A stretch of 64,000 bases of DNA from a virus, in the IMG/VR virus record IMGVR_UViG_3300050016_000047, positions 32,443-96,442 of that record. The stretch is one strand, 5' to 3'. Both the position numbers and the translations under genes were made by a program. Positions 38,262 through 49,279 of the stretch are shown here, one piece after another (the stretch's first letter is position 1; each line of letters opens with the position of its first letter). Under the pieces are notes generated by a model. The model was not told where the DNA came from, did not search any database, and saw nothing but the letters and a program-made list of their open reading frames with translations.

Positions 38262-40774
38262 TGCCCGACCCATCTCTATTAGCTCTTGAAGGCAGCCAGC
38301 CAGAATCTACGGTACGATTCGTGCCTTTGAGTTGTCAGAAGTTCTTTAGCGGACTGTTCACTCAGCGCAGTCCGTTTAACGGACCAGATACTCGCTACGA
38401 GACTAAATATCTCGGCGGACGTCCTGATATGCTTATTGACGGCGAAAACATAGAACTAACCAACTACGGTACGCTTATTCGCCGACCGGGGCTAATTCAC
38501 TATACAAACCAAACCCTGTCTACTCCCATCATGGCTTTTTACTCCTTTCATAGTATTACGAACGGAGTGAAAGTAATGGCTGACACGGGTGTGGAAACGT
38601 ACTATATAACTCCTACAGCTAAGACAAGTATTTATACTAAATCTTTCGGAGCCGGGCAGACGTATTTTCAAGGCGTTGGCGATACTTTGTACATGGGTAA
38701 TGGAGTAGACCAACTCGCTTGGATGGGTTCAGGAAGCACTAGAAACTGGGGAATCGCCACACCACTTGTCGCTCCGTCGGTCGCAAACAACACAGCCGCG
38801 CCACTTTATCCTGTTTGGGTAGCAAGTACCTATTACTCGCCATCGCTACTCATTGTTGATACTAATAACAATCTACAGTTACTCACTACTGGCGGACAAG
38901 TGGGGGCCGTACATCCAACATGGAACGTAACGGTTGGCGGAACCACAACTGACAACACGGCAGTTTGGACTAACCAAGGAACTGCTGATTGGCAAGCGGG
39001 ACACACTTATTCTACCGGGGATGTTGTTCGAACTACTTATTCTGTCGAGGTTGATTTTACAAACTATGACGAAGATGGAAACCCTTTTCAAGACTCTTAT
39101 ACTGTGTACTACGATGATTTCTTTATCTGTACAACTCCCGGTATTTCGGGAGGTTCGACCCCAGACTGGCAGGCGGGAATTGGTTTTATTACTGATGATG
39201 GAGCCGTGATTTGGACTAACCAATCTGCTACTCAGCTTTGGGTAAGTATAGGAGCAAACAATCTAGTTACTACCGTTCAAATAATTTCTGACTCTAACGG
39301 AGCTACTGAAATAGTATCGTCTCCCGGCCTATCTGGAGCAACACATCCTACTTGGGCAACTATACTAGGACAATATACGTTAGACGGTGTTGGTTTACTG
39401 TGGAGAAATCAAGGACTTCCTTCTGCATCAACTGCCGGAACCGCGCCATATTTCTATGTATACAGTTATAAAAACTCAGTTTCCGGACACGTAAGTACTG
39501 CATCTCCGGTAAGTACATCTATTATAAAAGCCGCAAACTCTTATATAGCCGTTCAGGGGGCCAGAAGTCCCGACCCTCAAGTAGACACCGTTGAAATATA
39601 TAGAACTGCACAGGGTGGGGCGACTTTTCAGTTTCTAACAGATATTCCCAATCCTTCCACAAGCGCGTGGACTTTTAATGATTCTATTGCCGATTCAGCT
39701 TTAAACGGTCTTATTCTTGCTCCGCAAGCGGACAGCAACGATCCGCCACCCGCCGGAATGATAGAAATGACTTATCATTTAAACAGAATATGGGGCGTAG
39801 TAGATAACAATGTGTATTATTCTGGCGGACCGGACACTCTAGTAGGCAATGGCAACGAGGCTTTCCCGCCAGCTAACGTATTCGTTTTCCCAGAACCAGT
39901 CAAAAGACTTATAGCAATTTCTACGGGACTTCTTGTAATTAGTACTGACAACCTATATCTTATTCCCGGCACTACTACTGCAACTTTCTATTCTCTACCA
40001 TATCAAGAGGGAATAGGAGCGTTAAATTATAACGCGGTTGCTACGCAAGGCAGTAACATATTTATGTATACTTCAGACCGTCAGTTTTTAAACGTTACTG
40101 AAACAGGGATGAATGAATTAGGTTACGCGATAGGGGATATTTTAAGTGATAACTACGACCCCGCGAATACTTATGTAGCCAGTTTGATTGCGGGAACACA
40201 GGATAAAGCTGTGTATATTAGTGATGGTTCCGCAAGTTGGTATCGGTGTAACTGGAACCAACCTCCCGAAGGCGGTCCTGCGTGGAGTCCAAAAGCGGCC
40301 ATAGTTGGCGGACTTACTGCTTTGAATGCTATTGAAATATCTCTAGGAGTACATAAACTTCTTCTAGGGCAAAACGACGGCGAAGTACTAATGCGCGACA
40401 TTAATACTTTTACTGACGACACAGAAACCTACAGTGCTTTTTTTGAAATCGGCAGTTTCATACTCGCTCAACCCGGACAACTTGCTAGAGTAGCAAGTAT
40501 AACTACTGAGTCTAAAGCCGTGGGAACTGTTCCTTCTGTTTCAGTTAGAATAGATGAAATCGCCGGAAATTTTGAAAACCTTCCGATTTCCGTAAACGAC
40601 CCTCCAATGCTTTCTCCCAGTACTTCTGTTCTCGCCAGAAGATTTTATTTAGAACAGGGCCAAAATCCAGTTATTTGCAGACACCTACAAATGAAACTAT
40701 CTTATCCGTCCGAAGACGCAAAAAATGAACTTTTAACTTTAAGTATATTTGGTGCTCTGCATTACGAGGAATAA
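38261..40774 (+). CDS. tail tubular B/nozzle-like protein with inserted W-rich carbohydrate-binding-like repeats
   Basis: ENIELTNYGTLIRRPG start, HLNRIW propeller pattern, repeated PTW...TTD..VW. Confidence 0.7.
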   Translation: MPDPSLLALEGSQPESTVRFVPLSCQKFFSGLFTQRSPFNGPDTRYETKYLGGRPDMLIDGENIELTNYGTLIRRPGLIHYTNQTLSTPIMAFYSFHSITNGVKVMADTGVETYYITPTAKTSIYTKSFGAGQTYFQGVGDTLYMGNGVDQLAWMGSGSTRNWGIATPLVAPSVANNTAAPLYPVWVASTYYSPSLLIVDTNNNLQLLTTGGQVGAVHPTWNVTVGGTTTDNTAVWTNQGTADWQAGHTYSTGDVVRTTYSVEVDFTNYDEDGNPFQDSYTVYYDDFFICTTPGISGGSTPDWQAGIGFITDDGAVIWTNQSATQLWVSIGANNLVTTVQIISDSNGATEIVSSPGLSGATHPTWATILGQYTLDGVGLLWRNQGLPSASTAGTAPYFYVYSYKNSVSGHVSTASPVSTSIIKAANSYIAVQGARSPDPQVDTVEIYRTAQGGATFQFLTDIPNPSTSAWTFNDSIADSALNGLILAPQADSNDPPPAGMIEMTYHLNRIWGVVDNNVYYSGGPDTLVGNGNEAFPPANVFVFPEPVKRLIAISTGLLVISTDNLYLIPGTTTATFYSLPYQEGIGALNYNAVATQGSNIFMYTSDRQFLNVTETGMNELGYAIGDILSDNYDPANTYVASLIAGTQDKAVYISDGSASWYRCNWNQPPEGGPAWSPKAAIVGGLTALNAIEISLGVHKLLLGQNDGEVLMRDINTFTDDTETYSAFFEIGSFILAQPGQLARVASITTESKAVGTVPSVSVRIDEIAGNFENLPISVNDPPMLSPSTSVLARRFYLEQGQNPVICRHLQMKLSYPSEDAKNELLTLSIFGALHYEE

Positions 40775-41090
40775 GGACCTTAAATAATGCCCACTATAGC
40801 AAGTAGAGTTAGCGCATCTGTCGGAGAACGTATTGGAGAACGTGTTGGACAACCTGTTAGTGGGGTAGTGCAACACAACAGCCCCGGAAACAACAGTTTA
40901 AGTACGCTTTCTCCAATAGGAAATATTGCACCCAACAGAGGAATTGTCCCCATACAATATATGTATGATTTTGATATAAACCGCTTATTTCCGGCCAGCC
41001 CTACGTTTGTTCGGGGTTTCCTAGGTATTCGCGCACTTACCCAAAATCTTGCCCTTCAAGCCAACACTAAATAAGGATTTAAGGTGTTTT

Positions 41091-41420
41091 ATGGACGACA
41101 ATCTACTAAACATACTTCAAAAACAAAATGAAGTTGCTACTCGTACAGAACAAAAAGTAGATGATTTGCATAATCGTTTGTTCGGAAACGGACAGCCGGG
41201 TACTATTCAAAACATAGAAAAGTCAATTAAAGAGCACGAAGATAAAGACGACAAGATTCAAAATGCTTTACTACAAAAAGTTAGTGGATTAGAAATATCT
41301 CGTAAACTAGACCGCAGGTGGCTTGCCGGGGTTTGTGCAGTAATATCTCTGGAAGGAGTAGTAATAGGGTTTTACTTCCAGTACATATATAATTCTCTTC
41401 GCGTCATTTTGGTGAAGTAA
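41091..41420 (+). CDS. coiled-coil protein with C-terminal TM
   Basis: RLFGNGQPG motif; hydrophobic C-terminus. Confidence 0.55.
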   Translation: MDDNLLNILQKQNEVATRTEQKVDDLHNRLFGNGQPGTIQNIEKSIKEHEDKDDKIQNALLQKVSGLEISRKLDRRWLAGVCAVISLEGVVIGFYFQYIYNSLRVILVK

Positions 41421-41812
41421 TGCCAAAATCAACCCAAGCTTCCCGTGAAGAATTTTTCGAGTTGCAGATTACTTCGCTCGAAAAACTGACCAACGAACGA
41501 TTCAACAATATGGAGAAGGCGCTAACCCTACAGGCGGCGGCAAGTGAGAAGGCGGTCATCTTACAGACTGCTGAAATCGCACGAAGACTTGAGGGTTTAA
41601 ACCACGAAAACGAAAGACTCGCGATGTTCCAACGAACGACCGTAAACAAAGATGTATATGAAGCTCGTCATAATGCGCTTGCGAAAGAGGTAGCCGACCT
41701 CCGAGACTTTAAGAACAACTCACAAGGTAAATACACCGTAATCGCGGCAGTCGTTTCCGCCGGGATTTCAGTTTTGTTTTTGATAATCCAAGTCTTATTC
41801 TTTAAAAAATAG
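41420..41812 (+). CDS. coiled-coil protein with C-terminal TM
   Basis: TAATG coupling; C-terminal TM segment. Confidence 0.55.
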   Translation: MPKSTQASREEFFELQITSLEKLTNERFNNMEKALTLQAAASEKAVILQTAEIARRLEGLNHENERLAMFQRTTVNKDVYEARHNALAKEVADLRDFKNNSQGKYTVIAAVVSAGISVLFLIIQVLFFKK

Positions 41813-41856
41813 CGGGCGAAAAAGTAGTTAAAGCCGCTAAGGAGATTTTAAACTTT

Positions 41857-42306
41857 ATGAAACTAACATTCGTTAGACCTGTCCGCGAAACTGACGCACC
41901 AAAATTTATAGAGTGGTCTAAAGAGAATCCTGCATTCGATCCAAAAGTCGCGTTGTATCCATCCACCATGAACTACGCGGCGTTTAAAAAGAACAAAATA
42001 GTTCTGTATGCTCCTGTTCAGAAACCGCTATTTATAGAAGCACTAGCAATAAATCCAGAAGCCTCTGAAATGGAGATTGCTTCTGCCATGTGTGAGATTA
42101 CCCAAGAAGCTGTGAGCAAAGCCTATCGGGAAGGTTCCGGAGAGATTTACTTTCTTGGAACGAACGAGGACACCATAGTTTATGCTTCCAAGTGTTTCGA
42201 AGAAGTTCCCTACCGACTTTTCAGACTCCGAATATCTAATATCGAAGGACAAAATGAACAAGTTCAAGACCAGCAAAATTCTTTGGCTGTCGGCGAAACC
42301 TCTTAA
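41857..42306 (+). CDS. GNAT-like fold protein (podovirus tail-assembly position)
   Basis: VRPVRETD start; located before the ejection proteins. Confidence 0.4.
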   Translation: MKLTFVRPVRETDAPKFIEWSKENPAFDPKVALYPSTMNYAAFKKNKIVLYAPVQKPLFIEALAINPEASEMEIASAMCEITQEAVSKAYREGSGEIYFLGTNEDTIVYASKCFEEVPYRLFRLRISNIEGQNEQVQDQQNSLAVGETS

Positions 42307-42916
42307 CAAAGCTACCCAAGAAGAAAAAGACTTGGAGAAAAGTCAGGCCGCGTTCTATACTACTATGCAGCAGGACTATGCCCAACAGTTCGGGGCACAG
42401 TCGGCGATTACCAAGAGTCTGTCCACGGCGTTTGAACCTATTCTACAAGCCGGACAGGGACAATATGGTTACACCCCGGCGGAAGACACGGCTTTGCGAA
42501 CAGGTTCTTCTGACAGTTTTGCTCAAGCCAATAAGAACGCTCAACTTGCTCTTGGCGACCAACTAGCTTCTGAAGGTGGCGGAAACATGTTCCTGCCTTC
42601 CGGCGCAGCGCAGCAACTTAAAGCGCAACTCTTGACTAGTAATTCTGAAGCTGCCGCGACCGATCAGAACAATATTACTACTGCTGGCTACCAACAAGGC
42701 AATGTTAACTTCCAGAACGCCGCTGCCGCGCTTTCCGGCAACGCTCAGATTTTGAATCCGGCAGCATTTTCAAGTAGTGCAAACACCGCTGGAAGCAATG
42801 CTTCTGATTCTGCTCAAGCTATACAAAAGGCAAACGATAGTTGGATGGGTATATTAGGCGGAGCGTTGGGTGGAGTTAGTTCTGTAGCTGGTGCCGCGAT
42901 AGGTAAGAAACTATAA
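42254..42916 (+). CDS. internal virion/DNA ejection protein
   Basis: Ala/Gln/Ser-rich with Gly-rich hydrophobic C-terminus. Confidence 0.6.
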   Translation: MNKFKTSKILWLSAKPLNKATQEEKDLEKSQAAFYTTMQQDYAQQFGAQSAITKSLSTAFEPILQAGQGQYGYTPAEDTALRTGSSDSFAQANKNAQLALGDQLASEGGGNMFLPSGAAQQLKAQLLTSNSEAAATDQNNITTAGYQQGNVNFQNAAAALSGNAQILNPAAFSSSANTAGSNASDSAQAIQKANDSWMGILGGALGGVSSVAGAAIGKKL

Positions 42917-42951
42917 TGAAACTTAATCCTGTAGGAAACTAAGGACATGAA

Positions 42952-43359
42952 ATGAAAAAAATAGAAGCTTTACTAGATGCGATTGGGCGGCTCAACGGAT
43001 GCATGGACCCAGAATCGGATTCGTATAGATTACGGAATCCGTTAATGTTAACTAGCTTTGCTAAAATAGGCAAACATGAGTGTGACGAACAAGGTCGCAG
43101 AATATTCAGTAGCTTTCTTAATGGCTATAAGTCTGCTACGTATGACTTAAACTTAAAGATTACTGGCAAGTCTAGAGCGGGAATAATCCCCACTGATACC
43201 GTAGAAAACTTACTTAGAGTATATGGGTTAAAGTCTACTGTTGCTGCGGATAATGTGGTTTCTTTCGTTAGACGCGCTTTAAGAGACCCCGACTTCTGCA
43301 AACAAACTCCACTGTCTTACTTTATAGAAGACGAGGAAACAAATGAAAAAGTGTACTAG
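42952..43359 (+). CDS. hypothetical protein
   Basis: 135-aa ORF with RBS. Confidence 0.5.
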   Translation: MKKIEALLDAIGRLNGCMDPESDSYRLRNPLMLTSFAKIGKHECDEQGRRIFSSFLNGYKSATYDLNLKITGKSRAGIIPTDTVENLLRVYGLKSTVAADNVVSFVRRALRDPDFCKQTPLSYFIEDEETNEKVY

Positions 43360-43900
43360 ATGTGGTCTTTTAAAAAATAGAGAAGACTTTTATAAGTTTA
43401 AAAAAAGTCTAGACGGTTTAAAGTGGGCGTGTAAGAAATGTGTATTGGAACAGAATCAGGTTCCCAAAGATTTTATTCTAGTATCTGAGAAAATTTGTCG
43501 TAAATGCGGCAAAATTAAACCCTCATCTTTTTTTGCGAAAAGTTCGGTAGAGGCTGATAGACTACAAAAATGGTGCAAACTTTGTAGAAAAGAACATTAT
43601 GATACTAACGCCCGAAAAGTTTTTTTCAACCACGTCGAAAGAATGTATGGATTGACTAAAGAACAGTATATAAAAATGGTTGCTGACCAAAAAGAATGTT
43701 GCGCTATTTGTGGTTTACAAACAAAACTTCATGTTGACCACGACCATAATACGGGTAAAGTTCGTGAACTTCTTTGTAGTGCTTGTAATACCTCCTTGGG
43801 AAGCGTAAAAGACAACTCAGAGATTTTAAAATCTATGATTGAATATTTGAAAAAACATAAGTCTGACACCGCGTTTGTTGCGGGCGTAGGAGAAAACTAA
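43343..43900 (+). CDS. endonuclease VII-like HNH homing endonuclease
   Basis: Two CxxC fingers; CAICG, VDHDHNTGKVRELLCSACN. Confidence 0.9.
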   Translation: MKKCTRCGLLKNREDFYKFKKSLDGLKWACKKCVLEQNQVPKDFILVSEKICRKCGKIKPSSFFAKSSVEADRLQKWCKLCRKEHYDTNARKVFFNHVERMYGLTKEQYIKMVADQKECCAICGLQTKLHVDHDHNTGKVRELLCSACNTSLGSVKDNSEILKSMIEYLKKHKSDTAFVAGVGEN

Positions 43901-45627
43901 TGGCCGAACTAGACCCCGCTGTTCTAAGCACCGCCGATGGCGGTTCGAATATTCAGTCTCCAACTCCAACTGGGGACCAACCAACTACGCCTTCTCCTAA
44001 CGGAAACGTGCAGCAAGACCCTATGCAGGTGACTCCGCAAACCCTGCCTACTAATACTCAGGGGTCTTCAACTCAAGCAATCCCATCGCACATAGCTAGA
44101 GCCGCCGGGATTGGTAAAATCGCGCAGTTCCTATTGGGCAACCAAACAGTAATGGACCCTAAAACTGGAGAAGAATCGACCGTTCCCAATAAGCCGGGAG
44201 ATTTATTCCGACATATCTTAGCTGGAGCAATTCTGGGGGGTGTGTCTGGTGCGGGCACAGAGAATGGATTTAAAGGCGCAAACGCCGGTTCTGCCGCAGT
44301 ACGACAAAACGATCAGCAACAACAAGAACGAATGGACCAGCGTTCGCAGCAAATCCAAGAAAATAACTATAAAAATCAGCAACTTGATTTGCAGAAACGC
44401 CAAGCGACTCGTGAAGACCAAGCCGAATCACAAAGACAGCAAGAATTTAAAGCTACTACCGAACACTGGAATGTAGAAAATATTCGTGCGGACGCTGATT
44501 TTAACATTCGTAGCCAAGACCACGTTGACGCGGTAAACCAGCAAAACCAAGAAATGTCTAAGTGGATCGCCGAAGCTGGCGGGGTTATGGCCCCTGTTAA
44601 AAATAATGACACGATGGGCAATGGTAAAGACCTTTCCAGTGCATATGTTGGCGACCCCGGTTCTTTAAACGCTCCGGCAAATAACGCACGAATGCTTATA
44701 ACTCATGTAGACACTACCGGACTAACTAACGATCCAACTAAGGGTTGGATTGACGAAAAAGGTAATCACGTTAATCTAGAAGACCGTACTACGCACACTT
44801 TATACTACGTTCCACAAACTTCGGCTAAGACTCCAATTCAACTAACTGGCTCACAGCTAATGAAGAACTTTCCAGATGTGTATGGAAATACTTTAGATAA
44901 AGACCATAACTATACAGTTAGTTTTAATGACCTTACTTCTCTCGGCCAAAAACAAGCCGAATCTCGCAGAACTTTTGATACGGAAGTTATGAAAGAAAAA
45001 TCAGACGCCTTGAGAACAGCGTATGAACAAGCTACTCTAGAAAGTACTAACGCTCGGGATCAAATAAAAGACTTAACTACTTCTGGGGTAGAATCTACCG
45101 ACCCCAGAGTTGTAGAACTTCAAGGTAAACTAAAAAACTCTGAAGACGACATGCGTACTATCACTCAGCAAATGAATCCTTATTTGCGTCCTAAAGGTTC
45201 GCCCGCTCCCGCCGGAAGTCCCACTGGTACACAACCTACCGTACCGGGTGCTCCTGAAAAAGACCCCGATTTCGGAGACCTTCCCGAAGCTGGAAGTACA
45301 AAGAAACCAAGCGGAGTTGGAAAATTCATAAAAAACGTATTAGATAAAAGTGATGCGGTTACTTCCGAAACAAACGAACCCGGAAGCGCGATACCAACTG
45401 GTGTAGCTGAAATTCCCGCTAGTGTAGCTCGCCGAAACGCCAAAGTCAGAGGAATGGCCCCACAAGCATATAAAGACGAACTTGCCAAACACGGTATATC
45501 TATAGTTAAAGATTCAGCCGTAGCCAGCATTCCGCCCGGAGCCATAACTGCAACTAATCCGCAAAGCAAAGAGAAATCGTTTTCTACAGACGGTGGAAAA
45601 ACATGGACGGTAGTAGGAGCTAAATAA
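43900..45627 (+). CDS. internal virion/DNA ejection protein
   Basis: Gln-rich coiled coil, Gly-rich hydrophobic segment; position. Confidence 0.55.
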   Translation: MAELDPAVLSTADGGSNIQSPTPTGDQPTTPSPNGNVQQDPMQVTPQTLPTNTQGSSTQAIPSHIARAAGIGKIAQFLLGNQTVMDPKTGEESTVPNKPGDLFRHILAGAILGGVSGAGTENGFKGANAGSAAVRQNDQQQQERMDQRSQQIQENNYKNQQLDLQKRQATREDQAESQRQQEFKATTEHWNVENIRADADFNIRSQDHVDAVNQQNQEMSKWIAEAGGVMAPVKNNDTMGNGKDLSSAYVGDPGSLNAPANNARMLITHVDTTGLTNDPTKGWIDEKGNHVNLEDRTTHTLYYVPQTSAKTPIQLTGSQLMKNFPDVYGNTLDKDHNYTVSFNDLTSLGQKQAESRRTFDTEVMKEKSDALRTAYEQATLESTNARDQIKDLTTSGVESTDPRVVELQGKLKNSEDDMRTITQQMNPYLRPKGSPAPAGSPTGTQPTVPGAPEKDPDFGDLPEAGSTKKPSGVGKFIKNVLDKSDAVTSETNEPGSAIPTGVAEIPASVARRNAKVRGMAPQAYKDELAKHGISIVKDSAVASIPPGAITATNPQSKEKSFSTDGGKTWTVVGAK

Positions 45628-45630
45628 TAA

Positions 45631-48600
45631 ATGGCTGACCAAACCATATCGCCTCCAGCGGGATTTGTGCTTGATTCTCCAACCGCGACGGCTGCTGCGT
45701 CAGCACCTAGTATAACTCCGCCTACAGGGTTTGTTTTAGACAAGCCTACATCTACTATAAAACCGCCTTCTGGATTCACGCTTGACAGTCCGCAAAGCGG
45801 ACAACCAAATGTCGGCGCGCCGACACAACAAACTGACCCAGAAGCCGGTAAAGCGTGGTACGAGAAAGCATGGGATTGGGCCAACGCTCCTACGGTGAAT
45901 TTTAACAGTTCTAACCAAGGTGGGTTTACCGGCGGGGCAGAAGACGTTGCTAGCGGCCTTACAAGCCCTTTAAGCATAGGATTGACTGTAGGCACCCTAG
46001 GCGGCGGTGCGTTGCTTAAAACGCTCGGTATCGCCGCAGAAGAGCTTCCCTTGGCCGTCCGTGGACTTAAGGCACTCACTGATGCCGGGTTTACAGGTCA
46101 GGCCGCCTACCAAGCCATTCGAGAGAGTCCCAGTGTCCTAGACGCCCTTAAAGACGGCGATTACTCTACAGCCGAACGTCTAGCCACACACGTACTCGCC
46201 GGTGCTACTTTTGCCGAACTTGGCAGACACCAGTTGGCCGGGGATAGCGGCACGCTTGGAGAAGTTACCGGAAAAGTACTCGGTAAGGACGCCGGAGACT
46301 ACGTTAAGAACTTTGCCACTAAAATAGGTGCCAAAGTCGCGCCTACTTTTGAAAACATGCTTCTGAGAACGAAGTATGGTAAGTACCAAGGTGACGTGGC
46401 TACCTACCATAAGATTGCGTCTGACTTAGGCGAAGCTTGGCATAAACAATTTAAAACCCTATCTCCACAAGACCGCGAAGCTACCATGTATCATATGGAA
46501 GCCGGTGGAGACGACTCGCCAGAAACTAAAGCTAAACTTACGGACAGATACAACTACATAGCTGATTCTGCCGGTCGGCCAGAAGATAAAATCCCGGTTG
46601 ACGAAACTCCACAAAGAATCCTCGCTCAGCGCGGACTAGATTACAAGGGCGAACTCACTCCGGGTTCTGGCGTACACATGTTTGAAGACCCGCGTTTCCC
46701 CGGCAAGACCGTAGCTTTAAAACAAGAAGACTTTACCCCCGATAACGTCAAGACCGCGATTCAACAAAAACTCCGTGATTTTAAAATTCCTGAAACTCAG
46801 GTTGAGACTTCGGGCGTACTGGACAAAGACATTCAGCATTATAACGACATAACGGCGGAACAACACATCAAAGACGAATATACTCCCAAAGAAATAGACA
46901 ACTTAATGGGAGCGTACAAGAAAGCTATTTTGGCTACGCCGACAGATAATCCGGCGGTTTATGGATTGTCTAAACAGGCCAGAGATGTTTTTAACGAGTG
47001 GGGAGAGAAAGCAAAAGACAACAGCGTAATCACTAAAACAGTCCAAGACTATATTACGCACTTGTGGGGCAAAGACGCCGATAATCCGGCTGCTAATCTA
47101 TTAGCCCACGATGCTTCTGGTTTTCATACTAACGCTACCATGGCGAGAAACCGTATTTTTGACAACGCTTTCGAAGGTCAGATATATGGTAAGAAACTTG
47201 CTGTTACCGACCCCGTACCCATTGCAGCCAACTATATAAGTAAGATAGGCGAAGCTATCGCCGGACGCGATTTTAAAAAGAGTTTGTTTGGTGTTCGCGC
47301 GGCGGATGGGCGGCCTTTGCTTGCTCACTCAGGGGCGGGCGAACTCCTAGAAGATTCCGTAGATAAAGATGGAAAGGTTCTTCCTCCTTCTGTTATGGTT
47401 AATCCGCGAACTCTTAGAAATATCCGCGTTGCGGACGCGACTGTTCAAGGACTTAAAACCGCCGGAACTTTTGACAGCTTACTCGATGAAGGAAAACTAG
47501 TCAAGCTTCCTTTGAAAGAAGGTAAGCCGCAGAGTTATGCTTGGAGTACCCGCGACTACAGACAAAGTACTTCACCGGACCTAAGAGACTGGACACACGT
47601 TGCCACTGATTCTGGCGGCAAACCCGTGTTTGTAAAATCGGATATTATGGTTCATCCCGACGCTCACGATTACTTAGAAAAACTAATCGGTGAACAAAAA
47701 TCTTCTATTAAAAACATTCCTATTGTATCGAGTTTGTTAAAAGCAGGTGGAGAACTAAAACACCTCCAGCTTGCGTTGAGTCCTTTCCACATCGCCCAAG
47801 AAGGGCTTCGAGCAATAATGACGGGCGTGAGTCCGTGGGGAGTTGAAAAATACAGTTTGGACGACGGCAGTCCGCAAGCTAAAAATCTTCTCAATGGAAT
47901 AAGAGAAAGTCTAACAGTAGGAAAAGACCGTGCAAGCGTACAAGACTACCAAGAAGGTAACGTAGCTTCCGGCCAAAGTAAAATCATATCTAAGATTCCT
48001 TTGGTAAGAGATGTTCAGGCGTCTCTACAAAGTTTTCTTTTTGACAAGTATATCCCCGGACTGAAAGTACGAGCGTTCCATCATTTATTTGAAGACTACA
48101 ACAACTCTCTTTCTAATCCAGAAACTTTGGATAAACTTATTAAACAACGCCCAGATATGAAGGGGTATACTCAAGACCGCGCGGCTGCTAGACTGGCTGC
48201 TGAGGACGCGAATGAAAGATTTGGCGGTTTAAACTACAAACAGCTTGGACGTTCGGCTGGACTACAGGATTTCTTTAGACTGGGTGCGTTAGCTCCGGAC
48301 TGGCTAGAATCAGAAGCTCGCCAAGCCGTAAGAGCAATTAAAGGCGGTCCTCAAGGCAATATTGCCCGAATGGATATGGTTAAACTAACCGCCGGGTTGT
48401 GGGCGTCCAGTCGCGTGCTGAATTTACTAACTAGCGGGCAACCGCATCTTGAAGCTCCGTTTGGTGTAGCCCTAAAAGACAAAGACGGTAAAGAAAAAAT
48501 CTACTCAGTAAGAACTTTGCCTACGGATATTTTTCATATGGTTTCTGCTCCGGCGGATTTCTTACGTGGCCGCGTTAGCCCTCTAACTAAGATTGCTAGT

Positions 48601-49242
48601 ACCGTTTATAGCGGAAGAGACTACGCTGGCCGCCGACAGACTCCGTTCCAAACAGCCGTGGATATAGGTGAAGGGAGCCTTCCTATTCCGGTCCAGCAAA
48701 TCGCGCAGGTTGGCGGCGAACAAGGATTTAATACAACGGACCAAATTTACAAGTCTGCTGGCGGAACGGCTTCCGTGTATAAAACACAGGCTCAGCAAAC
48801 AGCCGCTCAGCTAGCTTCAGATCGTTCTGAAACAGGTCCAGTGGACCCCGCTCAGTTAGCAAAGCACCAAGCCAAACTAAATCTAGAAGACGATATACGC
48901 GCGGGACTCGCCACGGATACAACCGTTCACGACCTAGTTGAATCCGGCGACCTGTCTCCCACTGAAGGTGCAGATATTAAAAAGAATGAAGCATTAACAA
49001 AAGGCATGGACCCGGAAATGGCAAAGTTATACATTCGTGCCGACAAACTTCCAATGAAAGATTTCTTCACGGTTTGGGACCAAGCCACAGGAGATGAAAA
49101 AATCGCTTTGGCTAAATTAATGCACAAAAAAGCTCAAAGCTATGTAAAGAAAGCTGCAAAAGATTTTAGTCCTAAAGAAAAACTAAACGACCCGGTTTAC
49201 AGAAGAATTAAACGCGCCATACCGGAAATACAAACGTGGTAA
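45631..49242 (+). CDS. large internal virion/DNA ejection protein
   Basis: 1203 aa; N-terminal PPxGFxLD repeats x3. Confidence 0.65.
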   Translation: MADQTISPPAGFVLDSPTATAAASAPSITPPTGFVLDKPTSTIKPPSGFTLDSPQSGQPNVGAPTQQTDPEAGKAWYEKAWDWANAPTVNFNSSNQGGFTGGAEDVASGLTSPLSIGLTVGTLGGGALLKTLGIAAEELPLAVRGLKALTDAGFTGQAAYQAIRESPSVLDALKDGDYSTAERLATHVLAGATFAELGRHQLAGDSGTLGEVTGKVLGKDAGDYVKNFATKIGAKVAPTFENMLLRTKYGKYQGDVATYHKIASDLGEAWHKQFKTLSPQDREATMYHMEAGGDDSPETKAKLTDRYNYIADSAGRPEDKIPVDETPQRILAQRGLDYKGELTPGSGVHMFEDPRFPGKTVALKQEDFTPDNVKTAIQQKLRDFKIPETQVETSGVLDKDIQHYNDITAEQHIKDEYTPKEIDNLMGAYKKAILATPTDNPAVYGLSKQARDVFNEWGEKAKDNSVITKTVQDYITHLWGKDADNPAANLLAHDASGFHTNATMARNRIFDNAFEGQIYGKKLAVTDPVPIAANYISKIGEAIAGRDFKKSLFGVRAADGRPLLAHSGAGELLEDSVDKDGKVLPPSVMVNPRTLRNIRVADATVQGLKTAGTFDSLLDEGKLVKLPLKEGKPQSYAWSTRDYRQSTSPDLRDWTHVATDSGGKPVFVKSDIMVHPDAHDYLEKLIGEQKSSIKNIPIVSSLLKAGGELKHLQLALSPFHIAQEGLRAIMTGVSPWGVEKYSLDDGSPQAKNLLNGIRESLTVGKDRASVQDYQEGNVASGQSKIISKIPLVRDVQASLQSFLFDKYIPGLKVRAFHHLFEDYNNSLSNPETLDKLIKQRPDMKGYTQDRAAARLAAEDANERFGGLNYKQLGRSAGLQDFFRLGALAPDWLESEARQAVRAIKGGPQGNIARMDMVKLTAGLWASSRVLNLLTSGQPHLEAPFGVALKDKDGKEKIYSVRTLPTDIFHMVSAPADFLRGRVSPLTKIASTVYSGRDYAGRRQTPFQTAVDIGEGSLPIPVQQIAQVGGEQGFNTTDQIYKSAGGTASVYKTQAQQTAAQLASDRSETGPVDPAQLAKHQAKLNLEDDIRAGLATDTTVHDLVESGDLSPTEGADIKKNEALTKGMDPEMAKLYIRADKLPMKDFFTVWDQATGDEKIALAKLMHKKAQSYVKKAAKDFSPKEKLNDPVYRRIKRAIPEIQTW

Positions 49243-49279
49243 GTTAAATGTTAAATCTAGAAGTCGAAGCAGGCTGTAG